In this document: positions 10,085 through 19,306 of the stretch, in pieces
Layout of the letters: each line of letters begins with the position of its first letter
Position numbering within the stretch: position 1 is the stretch's first letter
Source: Balneolaceae bacterium
Lineage (GTDB): Bacteria > Bacteroidota > Rhodothermia > Balneolales > Balneolaceae
Reading direction: 5' to 3'
Assembly: GCA_031581145.1 (NCBI GenBank)
Contig: JAVLBP010000005.1
Span: 17,376-81,375, forward strand
Length of the DNA: 64,000 nucleotides
Program-made: the position numbers and the translations under genes
Notes under the pieces: generated by a model
What the model was told of the DNA's origin: nothing
The model's database searches: none
What the model saw: only the letters and a program-made list of their open reading frames with translations

Positions 10085-11377
10085 ATGGAAATCGCCATTA
10101 TTATCATCATTGTCTTGCTGAGTGGATTTTTCTCTGGCTCAGAAATTGCCTTTGTGTCTGCCAGTCGCATTAAAATGGAGATTGAGTCGCGCAAAGCGTC
10201 TCCCGTGGGGCGTGCATTACACTACTTCATGCAGAATGGTCATGAGTTTCTTTCTACTACACTGATTGGAAACAATATCATCAATGTGTTGTATGCAACC
10301 CTGATGGCCATCTTCCTGGAAGGGCCATTAATTACACTATATGAAGGGTGGCAAGGCGTGGAGCCGAATCCATTTTTGCTACTGTTGACCCAAACCATCA
10401 TTGCGTCGGTCGTGATTATGATTTTTGGAGAGATTGTCCCCAAAACCATCTTTCGATCTCAAGCCGATACGGTTGTGCGCATCGTAGCACTGCCATTCCG
10501 AGGACTCTTATATTTGTTTCGCCCCATGGTTTGGATTGCCACTGTCGCATCCGAAGGGTTAATACGTCTGTTTGGTATTACCCAAACCCCAGACGAAACC
10601 CAGGTTTTTCGTCGGCAAGAAATGGAAAGTCTATTTCAGGAACTTCGTGAATCGGGGGGTGGGGAAGACTTTGACGAAGATGACTCTGAGTTTTTGCATA
10701 ATGTGCTGGATCTTTCCAACAAGCGGGTCAAGGAGCTCATGGTTCCTCGTACGGAGATTATTGCTGTAGATGATCAAACGACCATCTCAGATGTGGAGCA
10801 GACCTTTATATCATCTGGATACTCCAAACTCCCTGTATATCACGAAACCATAGATGATGTAATTGGTGTCGTGTTTCTGCATTCAATGTACGATGAGCCT
10901 GAGTCGCTCAAAGATATTCTACGACCTGTCAGTTTAATCCCACAAAGTAAGCGCGCACAAGATCTTTTGAATGAATTTCGCAAAACCAACACCTCTATTG
11001 CGTTGGTGATCGATGAATATGGTGGGACTGCAGGACTCATTACAGCCGAAGATCTGATTGAGGAGGTGGTAGGTGATATCCAGGATGAGTACGATACAGA
11101 AGATGAATTCATCAAAAAATTGAATGATTCTACCTATGTATTAAGTGGGAATGTAGAACTTGAAGATCTTTTAGAACAGTTTCCAGACATTGGGATTCCT
11201 TTTGGGGATGATACACCCTATGATACTGTGGCGGGATACATTATTCATGAGTCTGGAAGAATCCCAAATGTGAATGAGGAGTTGATCATTGGTGTGCATA
11301 AAGTCATTATCTCCAAAGCAAGCCCAAGTCGAATCAAAACAGTACGTTTAGAGCGCTTAAATGAGGAATCAGCCTAA
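10085..11377 (+). CDS. CNNM/CorB-type hemolysin-family protein (DUF21 + CBS pair + CorC_HlyC; GldE-like)
   Basis: 430 aa with an N-terminal 4-TM DUF21 region (GEIVPK motif), a CBS pair (MVPRTEI..., KLPVY) and a C-terminal transporter-associated domain. Confidence 0.88.
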   Translation: MEIAIIIIIVLLSGFFSGSEIAFVSASRIKMEIESRKASPVGRALHYFMQNGHEFLSTTLIGNNIINVLYATLMAIFLEGPLITLYEGWQGVEPNPFLLLLTQTIIASVVIMIFGEIVPKTIFRSQADTVVRIVALPFRGLLYLFRPMVWIATVASEGLIRLFGITQTPDETQVFRRQEMESLFQELRESGGGEDFDEDDSEFLHNVLDLSNKRVKELMVPRTEIIAVDDQTTISDVEQTFISSGYSKLPVYHETIDDVIGVVFLHSMYDEPESLKDILRPVSLIPQSKRAQDLLNEFRKTNTSIALVIDEYGGTAGLITAEDLIEEVVGDIQDEYDTEDEFIKKLNDSTYVLSGNVELEDLLEQFPDIGIPFGDDTPYDTVAGYIIHESGRIPNVNEELIIGVHKVIISKASPSRIKTVRLERLNEESA

Positions 11378-11418
11378 GGTTTTGGCCCTACTGATTTTCT
11401 GACCGAATAATGCCCAGC

Positions 11419-12600
11419 TTAATTGTCAGGTTTCGCATCTGCCGATTTCGCTTCTACTGACTTCACTTTCGCTGACTTTACTTCCACTGCCCCATCATGC
11501 CAGATGAGATCGAGTGTTCCACCAGCTGCAACATCCGTCGCATTTCGAACCCACATTTCACCAGCTTGCACACGTGTATAGCCCAGTTTTAACGGTGTTT
11601 CTGGATTCAGACGCTCAAGTTCACTCGTCAGCAACGAAACGTTTTGCCTGTATTGACTCACTTTATCTTGGAAGGCTCGGAGGGCATAGGAGTCACGCAG
11701 TTGGGTCACATGCTTCCGAAGACGATCTAGGCGTGTATCAAGTGTTGTGGTTAGCCTATCGGTCCATCCATCAATCCGCGCTTGAACATCATCGCGGTGA
11801 GGCGTCACAAGAACGGCTCCCTTGGTGGGCGTTGCCGCTCTTGCATCAGCAACAAAATCACTAATGCTGAAATCAGTCTCATGCCCAACAGCACTTACGA
11901 CGGGTGTCTTGGTTGCTGCAATTGTTCGAGCAAGGGCCTCGTCATTAAAGGCCATCAAATCCTCTGTGGAGCCTCCACCTCGACCCAGGATAATGACATC
12001 CACATTCCTGGACTGGTCGAGGGTCTGTAGTGCACGGACACACTCAGCTGCTGCTTGTTCCCCCTGAACCGCTGCATGATGAAGCACCACCGTTGCCAGA
12101 GGCCAACGCTTTTCCAAGGTACTGGTAATATCATGCAAGGCAGCACCACCAGCGGAGGTAATCACCCCAATTCGGTGGGGAAAAGGGGGGAGAGGCTTCT
12201 TGCGCGACTCATCAAAGAGTCCTTCCGCTTTGAGTTTTTGTTTTAATTTCTCAATCGCTTCAAAGGCTTTTCCGAGTCCGGCCTCTTCAAGGTGGTCTAT
12301 AACGAGTTGGTAAGACCCTCTTGGTGCGTACACTTGAATACGACCTCTGGCAACGACTTGGCTTCCTTCCTGAAGTGTTGGGAAGCTAGACTTAATCCGA
12401 GCCGCGACCCCACGCCATGCGACGCTTGAGATTTGAGCACCCTCATCTTTGAGTGTCAAATATAGGTGGCCATTAGCCGAGGTTTTCAACCCGTTGATTT
12501 CCCCCTCCACCTCGACTCGGTCCAATCCATTTTCTAGAAGTGTTTTAATCTTCTGAGTCAGTTCACTTACAGTGGCTATGGCTTTGGGGTCGGTTTGCAT
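11419..12600 (-). CDS. xseA: Exodeoxyribonuclease VII large subunit
   Basis: 393 aa with an N-terminal OB fold (VEGEINGLKTSANGHLYLTLKD), IGVITSAGGAALHD, ILGRGGGSTEDL and GHETD. The C-terminal tail is a degenerate pentapeptide repeat (VKSAKVKSVEAKSADAKPDN). Confidence 0.92.
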   Translation of the reverse strand: MQTDPKAIATVSELTQKIKTLLENGLDRVEVEGEINGLKTSANGHLYLTLKDEGAQISSVAWRGVAARIKSSFPTLQEGSQVVARGRIQVYAPRGSYQLVIDHLEEAGLGKAFEAIEKLKQKLKAEGLFDESRKKPLPPFPHRIGVITSAGGAALHDITSTLEKRWPLATVVLHHAAVQGEQAAAECVRALQTLDQSRNVDVIILGRGGGSTEDLMAFNDEALARTIAATKTPVVSAVGHETDFSISDFVADARAATPTKGAVLVTPHRDDVQARIDGWTDRLTTTLDTRLDRLRKHVTQLRDSYALRAFQDKVSQYRQNVSLLTSELERLNPETPLKLGYTRVQAGEMWVRNATDVAAGGTLDLIWHDGAVEVKSAKVKSVEAKSADAKPDN

Positions 12601-12663
12601 ACGGTGAAGATCGCTGTTCTAAATGGCAAAAAGCAACGTATATTCTGGTAAGGCTTTGGCCTT

Positions 12664-14082
12664 TTGCATGCGTATGACATGTTGAATTCTTCAGATGCTC
12701 AAGTCACAGATCATTTAGTCTATCGATCATTAAGTCATAGATCCACAAGTATGTCCCTTCCTTCATTCGGCACACCCACCCCCAAGCTTTTACTCACATC
12801 AGCTTACCCTGTAGACCCATCAATGACGGAGTTTGATGGTTCAAAACAAATCGACCTTCGAATTCAGGATGGGGTCATTGTTGAAATCGGGGAGGGCTTG
12901 GCCCCCAAAAAAGGTGAACAGGTCATAGAAGGGTCCAAAACCCACAAAACCTATGTATCTCCGGGTTGGATGGATATGCATGTCCATTTGAGGGAACCAG
13001 GTTTTGAGCACAAAGAGACTATCGCGTCAGGCACCCGCTCTGCTGCATTTGGAGGCTTTACAGCGGTGGCGTGTATGCCAAACACGAGTCCCACTCTCCA
13101 TACGCAGGATGTTGTAGAAACTGTTGTCCAACGCGCATCACACCTACCTGTTGAGGTTCATCCCATTGGAGCTGTAACCATGGATCGAAAGGGTGACGCG
13201 ATTGCAGAAATGGCAGCGATGGTGCATGGTGGCGCGGTGGCCTTTAGTGACGACGGAGATCCTGTGCATAACGCTGAGATCATGCGCATCGCATTGACCT
13301 ATTCGGCCATGCTGGGGGTTCCCATTATTAACCATGAAGAGGAGCTTGCACTGAGCAAACCGGGCCATATGCATGAAGGTGTGGTCTCGACCCGACTAGG
13401 TTTGGAAGGGAGTCCTGCGATTGCAGAGGAGGTGATGATTGCCCGCGACATCATGTTGGCTGAACTGACGGGCGGTCACGTTCATGTAGCACATATTAGC
13501 ACCAAAGATGGGGTAGAGTTGGTACGCCAAGGCAAGAAAAAGGGGATTAGGGTGACCACAGAAGTCTGTCCGCATCATTTTGATCTCACCGATGAGGAAA
13601 TTGAGCGCCGCCATTTTGACACACATGCCAAAATGCACCCACCATTACGAAGTCAGGAGGATGTCGAAGCGATGATTGAGGGGCTTAAAGATGGGACCAT
13701 AGACGCGATTTGTACAGATCATGCGCCTCATGCCCCAGAGGAAAAGGATGTGGAGTTTATCGACGCGCCCAATGGAATTATTGGGTTGGATACAGCGTGG
13801 AGTGTATCTGTTCGCCGTTTGTTGAAGCCGGGTCACTGTTCACTCTCCGATTTAGTGACCAAACTAGCGATTGCCCCACGACAAATTTTGTCTCTGGAGG
13901 TTCCAACAGTAGATGTGAATCAACCAGCAAATCTTACGGTCTTTAACACTGATGAGCAGTGGGAATACACACCGCAAAGAATCCACTCAAAATCAAAAAA
14001 TTCCCCTTATGTGGGGGAGACTTTTCAAGGAAGAGCTGAGGCGATTTATCATCGTGGTCAATGGGTGGAGAATGAGCTCTAA
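12664..14082 (+). CDS. pyrC: Dihydroorotase (class I amidohydrolase)
   Basis: DMHVHLREPG metal site, AAFGGFTAVACMPNTSP and CTDHAPH. 12664 is the maximal TTG ORF. A more likely start is the ATG at about 12751 (MSLPSFGTP...). Confidence 0.88.
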   Translation: MHAYDMLNSSDAQVTDHLVYRSLSHRSTSMSLPSFGTPTPKLLLTSAYPVDPSMTEFDGSKQIDLRIQDGVIVEIGEGLAPKKGEQVIEGSKTHKTYVSPGWMDMHVHLREPGFEHKETIASGTRSAAFGGFTAVACMPNTSPTLHTQDVVETVVQRASHLPVEVHPIGAVTMDRKGDAIAEMAAMVHGGAVAFSDDGDPVHNAEIMRIALTYSAMLGVPIINHEEELALSKPGHMHEGVVSTRLGLEGSPAIAEEVMIARDIMLAELTGGHVHVAHISTKDGVELVRQGKKKGIRVTTEVCPHHFDLTDEEIERRHFDTHAKMHPPLRSQEDVEAMIEGLKDGTIDAICTDHAPHAPEEKDVEFIDAPNGIIGLDTAWSVSVRRLLKPGHCSLSDLVTKLAIAPRQILSLEVPTVDVNQPANLTVFNTDEQWEYTPQRIHSKSKNSPYVGETFQGRAEAIYHRGQWVENEL

Positions 14083-14087
14083 GCTTT

Positions 14088-16361
14088 ATGGCTCGTGGGA
14101 TCACATACGCTAGAGTGGCAGACTGGGTGAGGGTGGGCTTATGTAGCTGGTGGATTACACTGTTACTATTCGTGCATGGCTCGCTGGCTATGGCCCAAGA
14201 CACGTATTCATCGGGTCAAAATCAACAGGATCAAGAACAACAGGATCAAGAACAACAGCCTCAGGAGCAATACCAACGCTCGACTCAGCAATCGATAATA
14301 GTGCCCAAGCCACCGGTGCTTTTCCCAGAACCTGATCAAGACCACGTTTCTACCACGTTGTTGGATGACACCGAAATAACACCCGGCGTGATTCCACGCA
14401 CTGCGTTTGAGCGGCCTGACTCGGCAGCCTACCCCTATGAAGTTCTCCTCCATCGTCACGTCATTACCTTTGAAATCGTCGATGATCGAATCGTAGCTAG
14501 ACTTCAGGTCCAAAAACGTGTGCGCCTTCAAACGGAAGACCCTCAAGCGCTTCTTGACGCCTCGTTGGTAACGATTCCACTGTCGCGTGAGCGTGAGGAT
14601 ATCCAAGTTGTCAACCTCTCAGGTGTGACTATTGCACCTAACGGTACTCACACCTATTTAAGTCTGGATGACATTAGGCAGAGTCAGTTTTCGAAAGATC
14701 TTGATGTCCTTGAATTTGTCATGCCTAATGTGACCGATGGGGTGGTGATGGATATCCAATATGAACGCATCCTACGTCGTGTTGATGAACTCCCTGATGT
14801 GTCGTTTTCAGATCGTGTGCCTGTACATCAAGCGTCCGTTCACCTTATCTCGCCCAACTACATTCGGTATCAAACCAAATTACAGGATCCCAATAATCGA
14901 ATACGTCTCGCAAGTGAGGTTGTGGATACGTCATCTGTGATTCAAGTGTTTTCCATTGACCGACCAGATCCCCTTCGTATCGATCATTGGATAGGGCGAG
15001 CCATCCCTGCTGAGGAATTTGATTATGTATCGATTCCCTCACCGGATGAAGGGACGGCCATTCGCTTCATGATGGGGGAATTTGGGATTCCAAGGCAACC
15101 CCTTGAGAATTCATGGGCGGTCGTCGAAGCTCAACTACGCCGTTTGGTCGCTCCATATGAGCGCAGTTCAGTGCCTCAGGCTAGTTTATGGAGGGAACTC
15201 GGTGCAGAAATTGAACAAAGCGGCCCACAAGGGAAGGCGAATGCCCCACAACGTTTGCACGCTATGATTGACACATTGCACCAAAAGGTAACGGTGCAGT
15301 CGACACCTTCTATTGTGCCGGATGATGTGGTGCTTAATGAGTTGTTTAGGTCAATCCAGGGGGTGAATAAACAGGGGCCGGATAGAAAAGGACCAGATAG
15401 AAAGGTTCCGGCTACACTAGATAGTGTCGGGTTAAAAGCATCCACGGCAACATTAGCGTTTATGGCTATGGCCCAAGGTGCTGGATATAAGGTGATTCCT
15501 CACTTTATGAATGACGGACGTTTTGGCGATATCGACCAAGAGTTTCCCAGCGTTCAAGCATTTCGAACCATGGTATTGTTGGTAGAGGATCCACGATCCG
15601 GTCAACAATGGTGGGTTCAGCCGTCCGATCCATGGGCTAGAGTTCCTTATGTTGATGCCTCCCTTGTCGAGCGTACAGCCTTGACACTCCATCCTGAAGG
15701 CTATCGTTGGACCACAGTGAACTCAGACGAACTCGCGTATGGAAGTACCTTCACATTGGATGGACGCCTTACCATGGGGGGAGAAATCTCGGGCAAGGTC
15801 ACGATTGAATTGGAAGGATTCGCAGCCAAAGAATTTTTGGAACGCCTAGAGACACAACCCTTGGAATCCCTTGTTCGTCGAACATTTTTAGATCGCTATC
15901 CCACGAGCTCCTATTCATCGTTGGAGTTTACCAATCGATATGTAGACTCTGGGGTGATTAGGGCACAATTTGATGTGATTCTTCCTGATGTGGGTGTCCA
16001 ATTTGTAGATCAAATGGATATTCCCGCAATGATCTTTGGGGCTTTAGAGGAGTCTCCATACCAAGCAGCGTCGAGAAAAACGTCTATCTATGTGCGAGCG
16101 AAGGAACGAGTCACCGTGAGTTTTCAACTTCAACTCCCTCAAAACTGGTCCATCGCGCAAGCACCTATCCCGTCGAGTCTCCAAGCCGATGGTGTTCGAT
16201 TCGAGGCGAATGCTGCTCAATCTGGCTCTTCACTAATCGCGTCTTTTGACCTTGAAAGGAGCCAATCTTCTTTTTCCCCCGACGCGTATCCAACCCTTCG
16301 TCAGGCATTCCAGCGATGGGTGGTGCTCAGTCAAGCTCGGTGGACTCTTTCAACCCCTTGA
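14088..16361 (+). CDS. Hypothetical secreted protein with Q/E-rich and GPDRK tandem repeats
   Basis: 757 aa with an N-terminal hydrophobic signal-like segment (LCSWWITLLLFVHGSLAMAQ). It contains in-frame 15-nt repeats at 14223..14267 and 15375..15404. It starts 6 nt after pyrC. No family recognised with confidence. Confidence 0.7.
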   Translation: MARGITYARVADWVRVGLCSWWITLLLFVHGSLAMAQDTYSSGQNQQDQEQQDQEQQPQEQYQRSTQQSIIVPKPPVLFPEPDQDHVSTTLLDDTEITPGVIPRTAFERPDSAAYPYEVLLHRHVITFEIVDDRIVARLQVQKRVRLQTEDPQALLDASLVTIPLSREREDIQVVNLSGVTIAPNGTHTYLSLDDIRQSQFSKDLDVLEFVMPNVTDGVVMDIQYERILRRVDELPDVSFSDRVPVHQASVHLISPNYIRYQTKLQDPNNRIRLASEVVDTSSVIQVFSIDRPDPLRIDHWIGRAIPAEEFDYVSIPSPDEGTAIRFMMGEFGIPRQPLENSWAVVEAQLRRLVAPYERSSVPQASLWRELGAEIEQSGPQGKANAPQRLHAMIDTLHQKVTVQSTPSIVPDDVVLNELFRSIQGVNKQGPDRKGPDRKVPATLDSVGLKASTATLAFMAMAQGAGYKVIPHFMNDGRFGDIDQEFPSVQAFRTMVLLVEDPRSGQQWWVQPSDPWARVPYVDASLVERTALTLHPEGYRWTTVNSDELAYGSTFTLDGRLTMGGEISGKVTIELEGFAAKEFLERLETQPLESLVRRTFLDRYPTSSYSSLEFTNRYVDSGVIRAQFDVILPDVGVQFVDQMDIPAMIFGALEESPYQAASRKTSIYVRAKERVTVSFQLQLPQNWSIAQAPIPSSLQADGVRFEANAAQSGSSLIASFDLERSQSSFSPDAYPTLRQAFQRWVVLSQARWTLSTP

Positions 16362-16392
16362 ACCATGGACACGAGGAGCCATCCTATCCGCG

Positions 16393-17094
16393 ATGAATCA
16401 ACATACCCTACCAACTCTTTTTATTGAGACAGCTACACCACGTTGCTCCGTGGGGTTACTTGATGCTGATGGAGAGTGGTCCGAGCTGGAAGTGGAGGGG
16501 AAAGGATCCCACTCCAAGGCACTGGACGCTCAAGTGAACCAGCTTTTGAAGGAACGTGGTGTCGACGCGGAGGCCATTAAGTCAATCGTCTTGGGACGGG
16601 GGCCAGGATCGTTTACAGGTTTACGGATTGGTGCGTCGTTTGTTCGTGGATTCTGTTTTGGAAGAGACATTCCCATACGAATGATGGATACCTTGATTGC
16701 ATTAGCTGGTCGTGTGTGTTTTGAGAATGTAGAAAATGTGAATCTGGATGCTATTCAGGAGATTCATGCCATTTTGGATGCACGAAGAACCCACGTATAT
16801 CATTGGAGTGGTACTTGCGTTACGACACCGGAAGGGGTGCAACGCCTCGAAACCATATCGAGTCAAGCAATTCGACCTATTGAGGATGTCGAAGCGAGAC
16901 TTTCAGAGGTATCATCAGCGGTGCTAACAGGGTTTGGTATGGAGCGATTGACCATTTCAAATCCGGAGATTCAACGCTTCGATCCCCCCGAGTACCTTAC
17001 CAGAGGCCAGAGATGGCTTTTTCACACTCAAAATGCGCACAAGTACATGCAGGTCACAACGGCAAAGGATGCAGTTCCCTTGTACCTGAGTTGA
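16393..17094 (+). CDS. tsaB: tRNA t6A37 biosynthesis protein TsaB (YeaZ)
   Basis: From the internal ATG at 16393 the protein reads MNQHTLPTLFIETATPRCSVGLLD...GRGPGSFTGLRIGASF, a typical TsaB N-terminus. The track ORF (from 16246) adds an extension that overlaps the upstream gene. Confidence 0.82.
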   Translation: MNQHTLPTLFIETATPRCSVGLLDADGEWSELEVEGKGSHSKALDAQVNQLLKERGVDAEAIKSIVLGRGPGSFTGLRIGASFVRGFCFGRDIPIRMMDTLIALAGRVCFENVENVNLDAIQEIHAILDARRTHVYHWSGTCVTTPEGVQRLETISSQAIRPIEDVEARLSEVSSAVLTGFGMERLTISNPEIQRFDPPEYLTRGQRWLFHTQNAHKYMQVTTAKDAVPLYLS

Positions 17095-17122
17095 TTGAAA
17101 ATCATTATACTACCCAAAACAC

Positions 17123-17977
17123 TTGTCTATGCCTTGGTTTAAACGTAGCACCTCGAATATCACCACAAAAATCCGTAAAGATATCCCTGATGGGGTATGG
17201 ATTAAAGTCCCAACATCAGGTGAAACAGTTCACAGACGGGAGTTGGTGAGTAATTTCTGGGTTGATCCCAATAGCGGATACCATTTTCGGGTTGGCAGCG
17301 CGGAGTATTTCGAATACATCTTTGACAAGCCGCCAAAACGCCTTGGGGAGAATATTCGCTCCGTCGATGAGTTAGAGTTTGTCGACCGTAAAGCTTACAA
17401 AGATCGACTTGTGGAAGCCGAGAAAACGTCAGGCTTGACCGATGCGATCAACGTTGGAAAAGGGAAGGTGGATGGGCTCGATATGGTGGTAGCCTGCATG
17501 GATTTTGCCTTTATCGGTGGCTCAATGGGCTCAGTTGTTGGAGAACGCATTAGCTTGGCGATTGATGAGGCACGCAAGTCTAAGCTTCCTTTGGTGATCC
17601 TCTCACAAAGTGGTGGGGCAAGAATGATGGAGAGTGTTCTAAGTCTCATGCAATTGGCTAAGATTACCTCAAAACTAGCATTATTTCATGAGGAGGGTGG
17701 GTTGTACATCTCCTACATGACCAATCCTACAACAGGAGGGGTTACCGCATCATATGCCATGCTTGGGGATGTGAATATTGCCGAACCTGGCGCCTTAATA
17801 GGATTTGCTGGCCCTCGCGTGATCCGTCAAACCATTGGCAGGGATTTACCGGAAGGATTCCAGACGTCTGAGTACTTGTTAGAGCACGGTTTTCTTGATT
17901 TTATTGTCAAACGACCGTCGATCAAGCGAAAACTAGCCCAAGTTGCCCGTTTACTAGCGCCTAAAGCCACTAAATAG
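17123..17977 (+). CDS. accD: Acetyl-CoA carboxylase carboxyltransferase beta subunit
   Basis: 284 aa with FAFIGGSMGSVVGE, SGGARMMES and IGFAGPRVI. The likely start is the ATG at 17129. All four zinc-ribbon cysteines of E. coli AccD are replaced here (KVPTSGETV...DPNSGYHF). Confidence 0.92.
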   Translation: MSMPWFKRSTSNITTKIRKDIPDGVWIKVPTSGETVHRRELVSNFWVDPNSGYHFRVGSAEYFEYIFDKPPKRLGENIRSVDELEFVDRKAYKDRLVEAEKTSGLTDAINVGKGKVDGLDMVVACMDFAFIGGSMGSVVGERISLAIDEARKSKLPLVILSQSGGARMMESVLSLMQLAKITSKLALFHEEGGLYISYMTNPTTGGVTASYAMLGDVNIAEPGALIGFAGPRVIRQTIGRDLPEGFQTSEYLLEHGFLDFIVKRPSIKRKLAQVARLLAPKATK

Positions 17978-18069
17978 TGCTTTTTTGAGTGCTTGATCCC
18001 TTCCTAAGGCAAAAAAAGCTATTTTGATGTAAGGTTTATTGCTGTAAAGGTTCTGTAGGATAATGTCGT

Positions 18070-18145
18070 CCATGAGTGAATGATCTCGCCATGAGTGAAT
18101 GATCTCGCCATGAGTGAATGATCTCGCCATGTGTGAATGACCCCA
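18070..18145. repeat. 19-nt head-to-tail tandem repeat (3 perfect copies and 1 degenerate copy) upstream of obg
   Basis: ccatgagtgaatgatctcg occurs at 18070..18088, 18089..18107 and 18108..18126. A degenerate copy, ccatgtgtgaatgacccca, lies at 18127..18145, and a partial fifth copy (ccatgactgattcc) follows. Confidence 0.92.
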
Positions 18146-18250
18146 CCATGACTGATTCCTATCCTAGAGCCTATGAACATGACCTTACGACCAGAAACTC
18201 AATCGATGAGTCGGCCAAAGTCGATTGACTCAACCCTTTGGATTCACCGC

Positions 18251-19303
18251 ATGAGATTTGCTGACTATGCCAAAATTTATGTAACGGCAGGCCGTGGTGG
18301 TGATGGCTCAGTCCATTTTCGTCGAGAAAAATATGTACCCAAAGGGGGACCTGATGGTGGAGATGGAGGCAAAGGGGGGAGTGTTGTACTTAAGGGGAAC
18401 CCTCAGCTTAACACCATTTTAGATCTCCGGTATCGAAAATTCATCAAAGCAAAACCAGGAAAGCCTGGTGCAGGATCTCGAAAATCTGGCAAACAAGGTG
18501 AAGATATTGTCTTGGATGTTCCTTTAGGGACCCTTGTTAAAGATACGGAGACATCACAACAAATAGGTGAGATCATTTATGAGGATCAAACCATTGTGAT
18601 CGCTGAAGGTGGAGATGGTGGTCTTGGCAACTGGCATTTTAGGAGCGCAACCCATCAAGCGCCACAAAGAGCGCAAGAGGGGCGCCCTGGAGAAGAACGA
18701 GTGGTGGAATTAGAGCTTAAACTTTTAGCAGATATTGGGTTGGTTGGATTCCCAAATGCCGGAAAAAGCACCTTACTATCTGTTGTCTCAGATGCAAAAC
18801 CCAAAATTGCATCCTATCCATTTACGACGATTGAGCCCAACTTAGGGGTAGCGCAATTGTCAAATTATAGAAGTTTCGTGATGGCCGATATCCCAGGAAT
18901 CATCGAGGGAGCTCATGAAGGCAAGGGATTAGGGCTGCAATTTTTACGGCATATCGAACGAAACCAATGTTTGTTGTTTGTGATTTCATCCCAAACGAAG
19001 ATCACTGAAGAGTACCAGGTGTTGCTTAATGAACTCAGCTCTTATGAGCCCTCTTTGCTCACGCTGCCCCGGGTTTTAGCGATTACCAAAATGGATTTGT
19101 TGGGGGATGTGCCACTGGACCAACCTTTGCCAAAAGATCCTCAATGCGATGTTGTGTTATGCTCTTCAGTGACAAACCAAGGAATAGATAAGCTAAAAGA
19201 GACGTTATGGACAAAGCTCAAAGAGCTTAATCCACCCGATACCGAATCATGGAGAGAGCCACCCGACGATGATGCTCACCCCTCAAAGGATATGCCACAC
19301 TAG
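18251..19303 (+). CDS. obg: GTPase Obg/CgtA
   Basis: From the ATG at 18251 the protein reads MRFADYAKIYVTAGRGGDGSVHFRREKYVPKGGPDGGDGGKGG (Obg fold). G1 is GFPNAGKSTL and G3 is DIPG. The track ORF starts at 18173 with a non-conserved extension. Confidence 0.93.
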   Translation: MRFADYAKIYVTAGRGGDGSVHFRREKYVPKGGPDGGDGGKGGSVVLKGNPQLNTILDLRYRKFIKAKPGKPGAGSRKSGKQGEDIVLDVPLGTLVKDTETSQQIGEIIYEDQTIVIAEGGDGGLGNWHFRSATHQAPQRAQEGRPGEERVVELELKLLADIGLVGFPNAGKSTLLSVVSDAKPKIASYPFTTIEPNLGVAQLSNYRSFVMADIPGIIEGAHEGKGLGLQFLRHIERNQCLLFVISSQTKITEEYQVLLNELSSYEPSLLTLPRVLAITKMDLLGDVPLDQPLPKDPQCDVVLCSSVTNQGIDKLKETLWTKLKELNPPDTESWREPPDDDAHPSKDMPH

Positions 19304-19306
19304 GTC

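Noticed and set aside
16246-16392. N-terminal 49-aa extension of the tsaB ORF; likewise 18173..18250 for obg and 41143..41190 for the GNAT gene
   Set aside because: The extensions overlap upstream genes or repeat DNA and are not part of the conserved protein N-termini. Internal ATGs give canonical starts.
18070-18145. Possible CRISPR array, given several identical 19-nt repeats
   Set aside because: The copies are strictly head-to-tail with no spacers. The unit is shorter than any known CRISPR repeat. No cas genes are present in the window.
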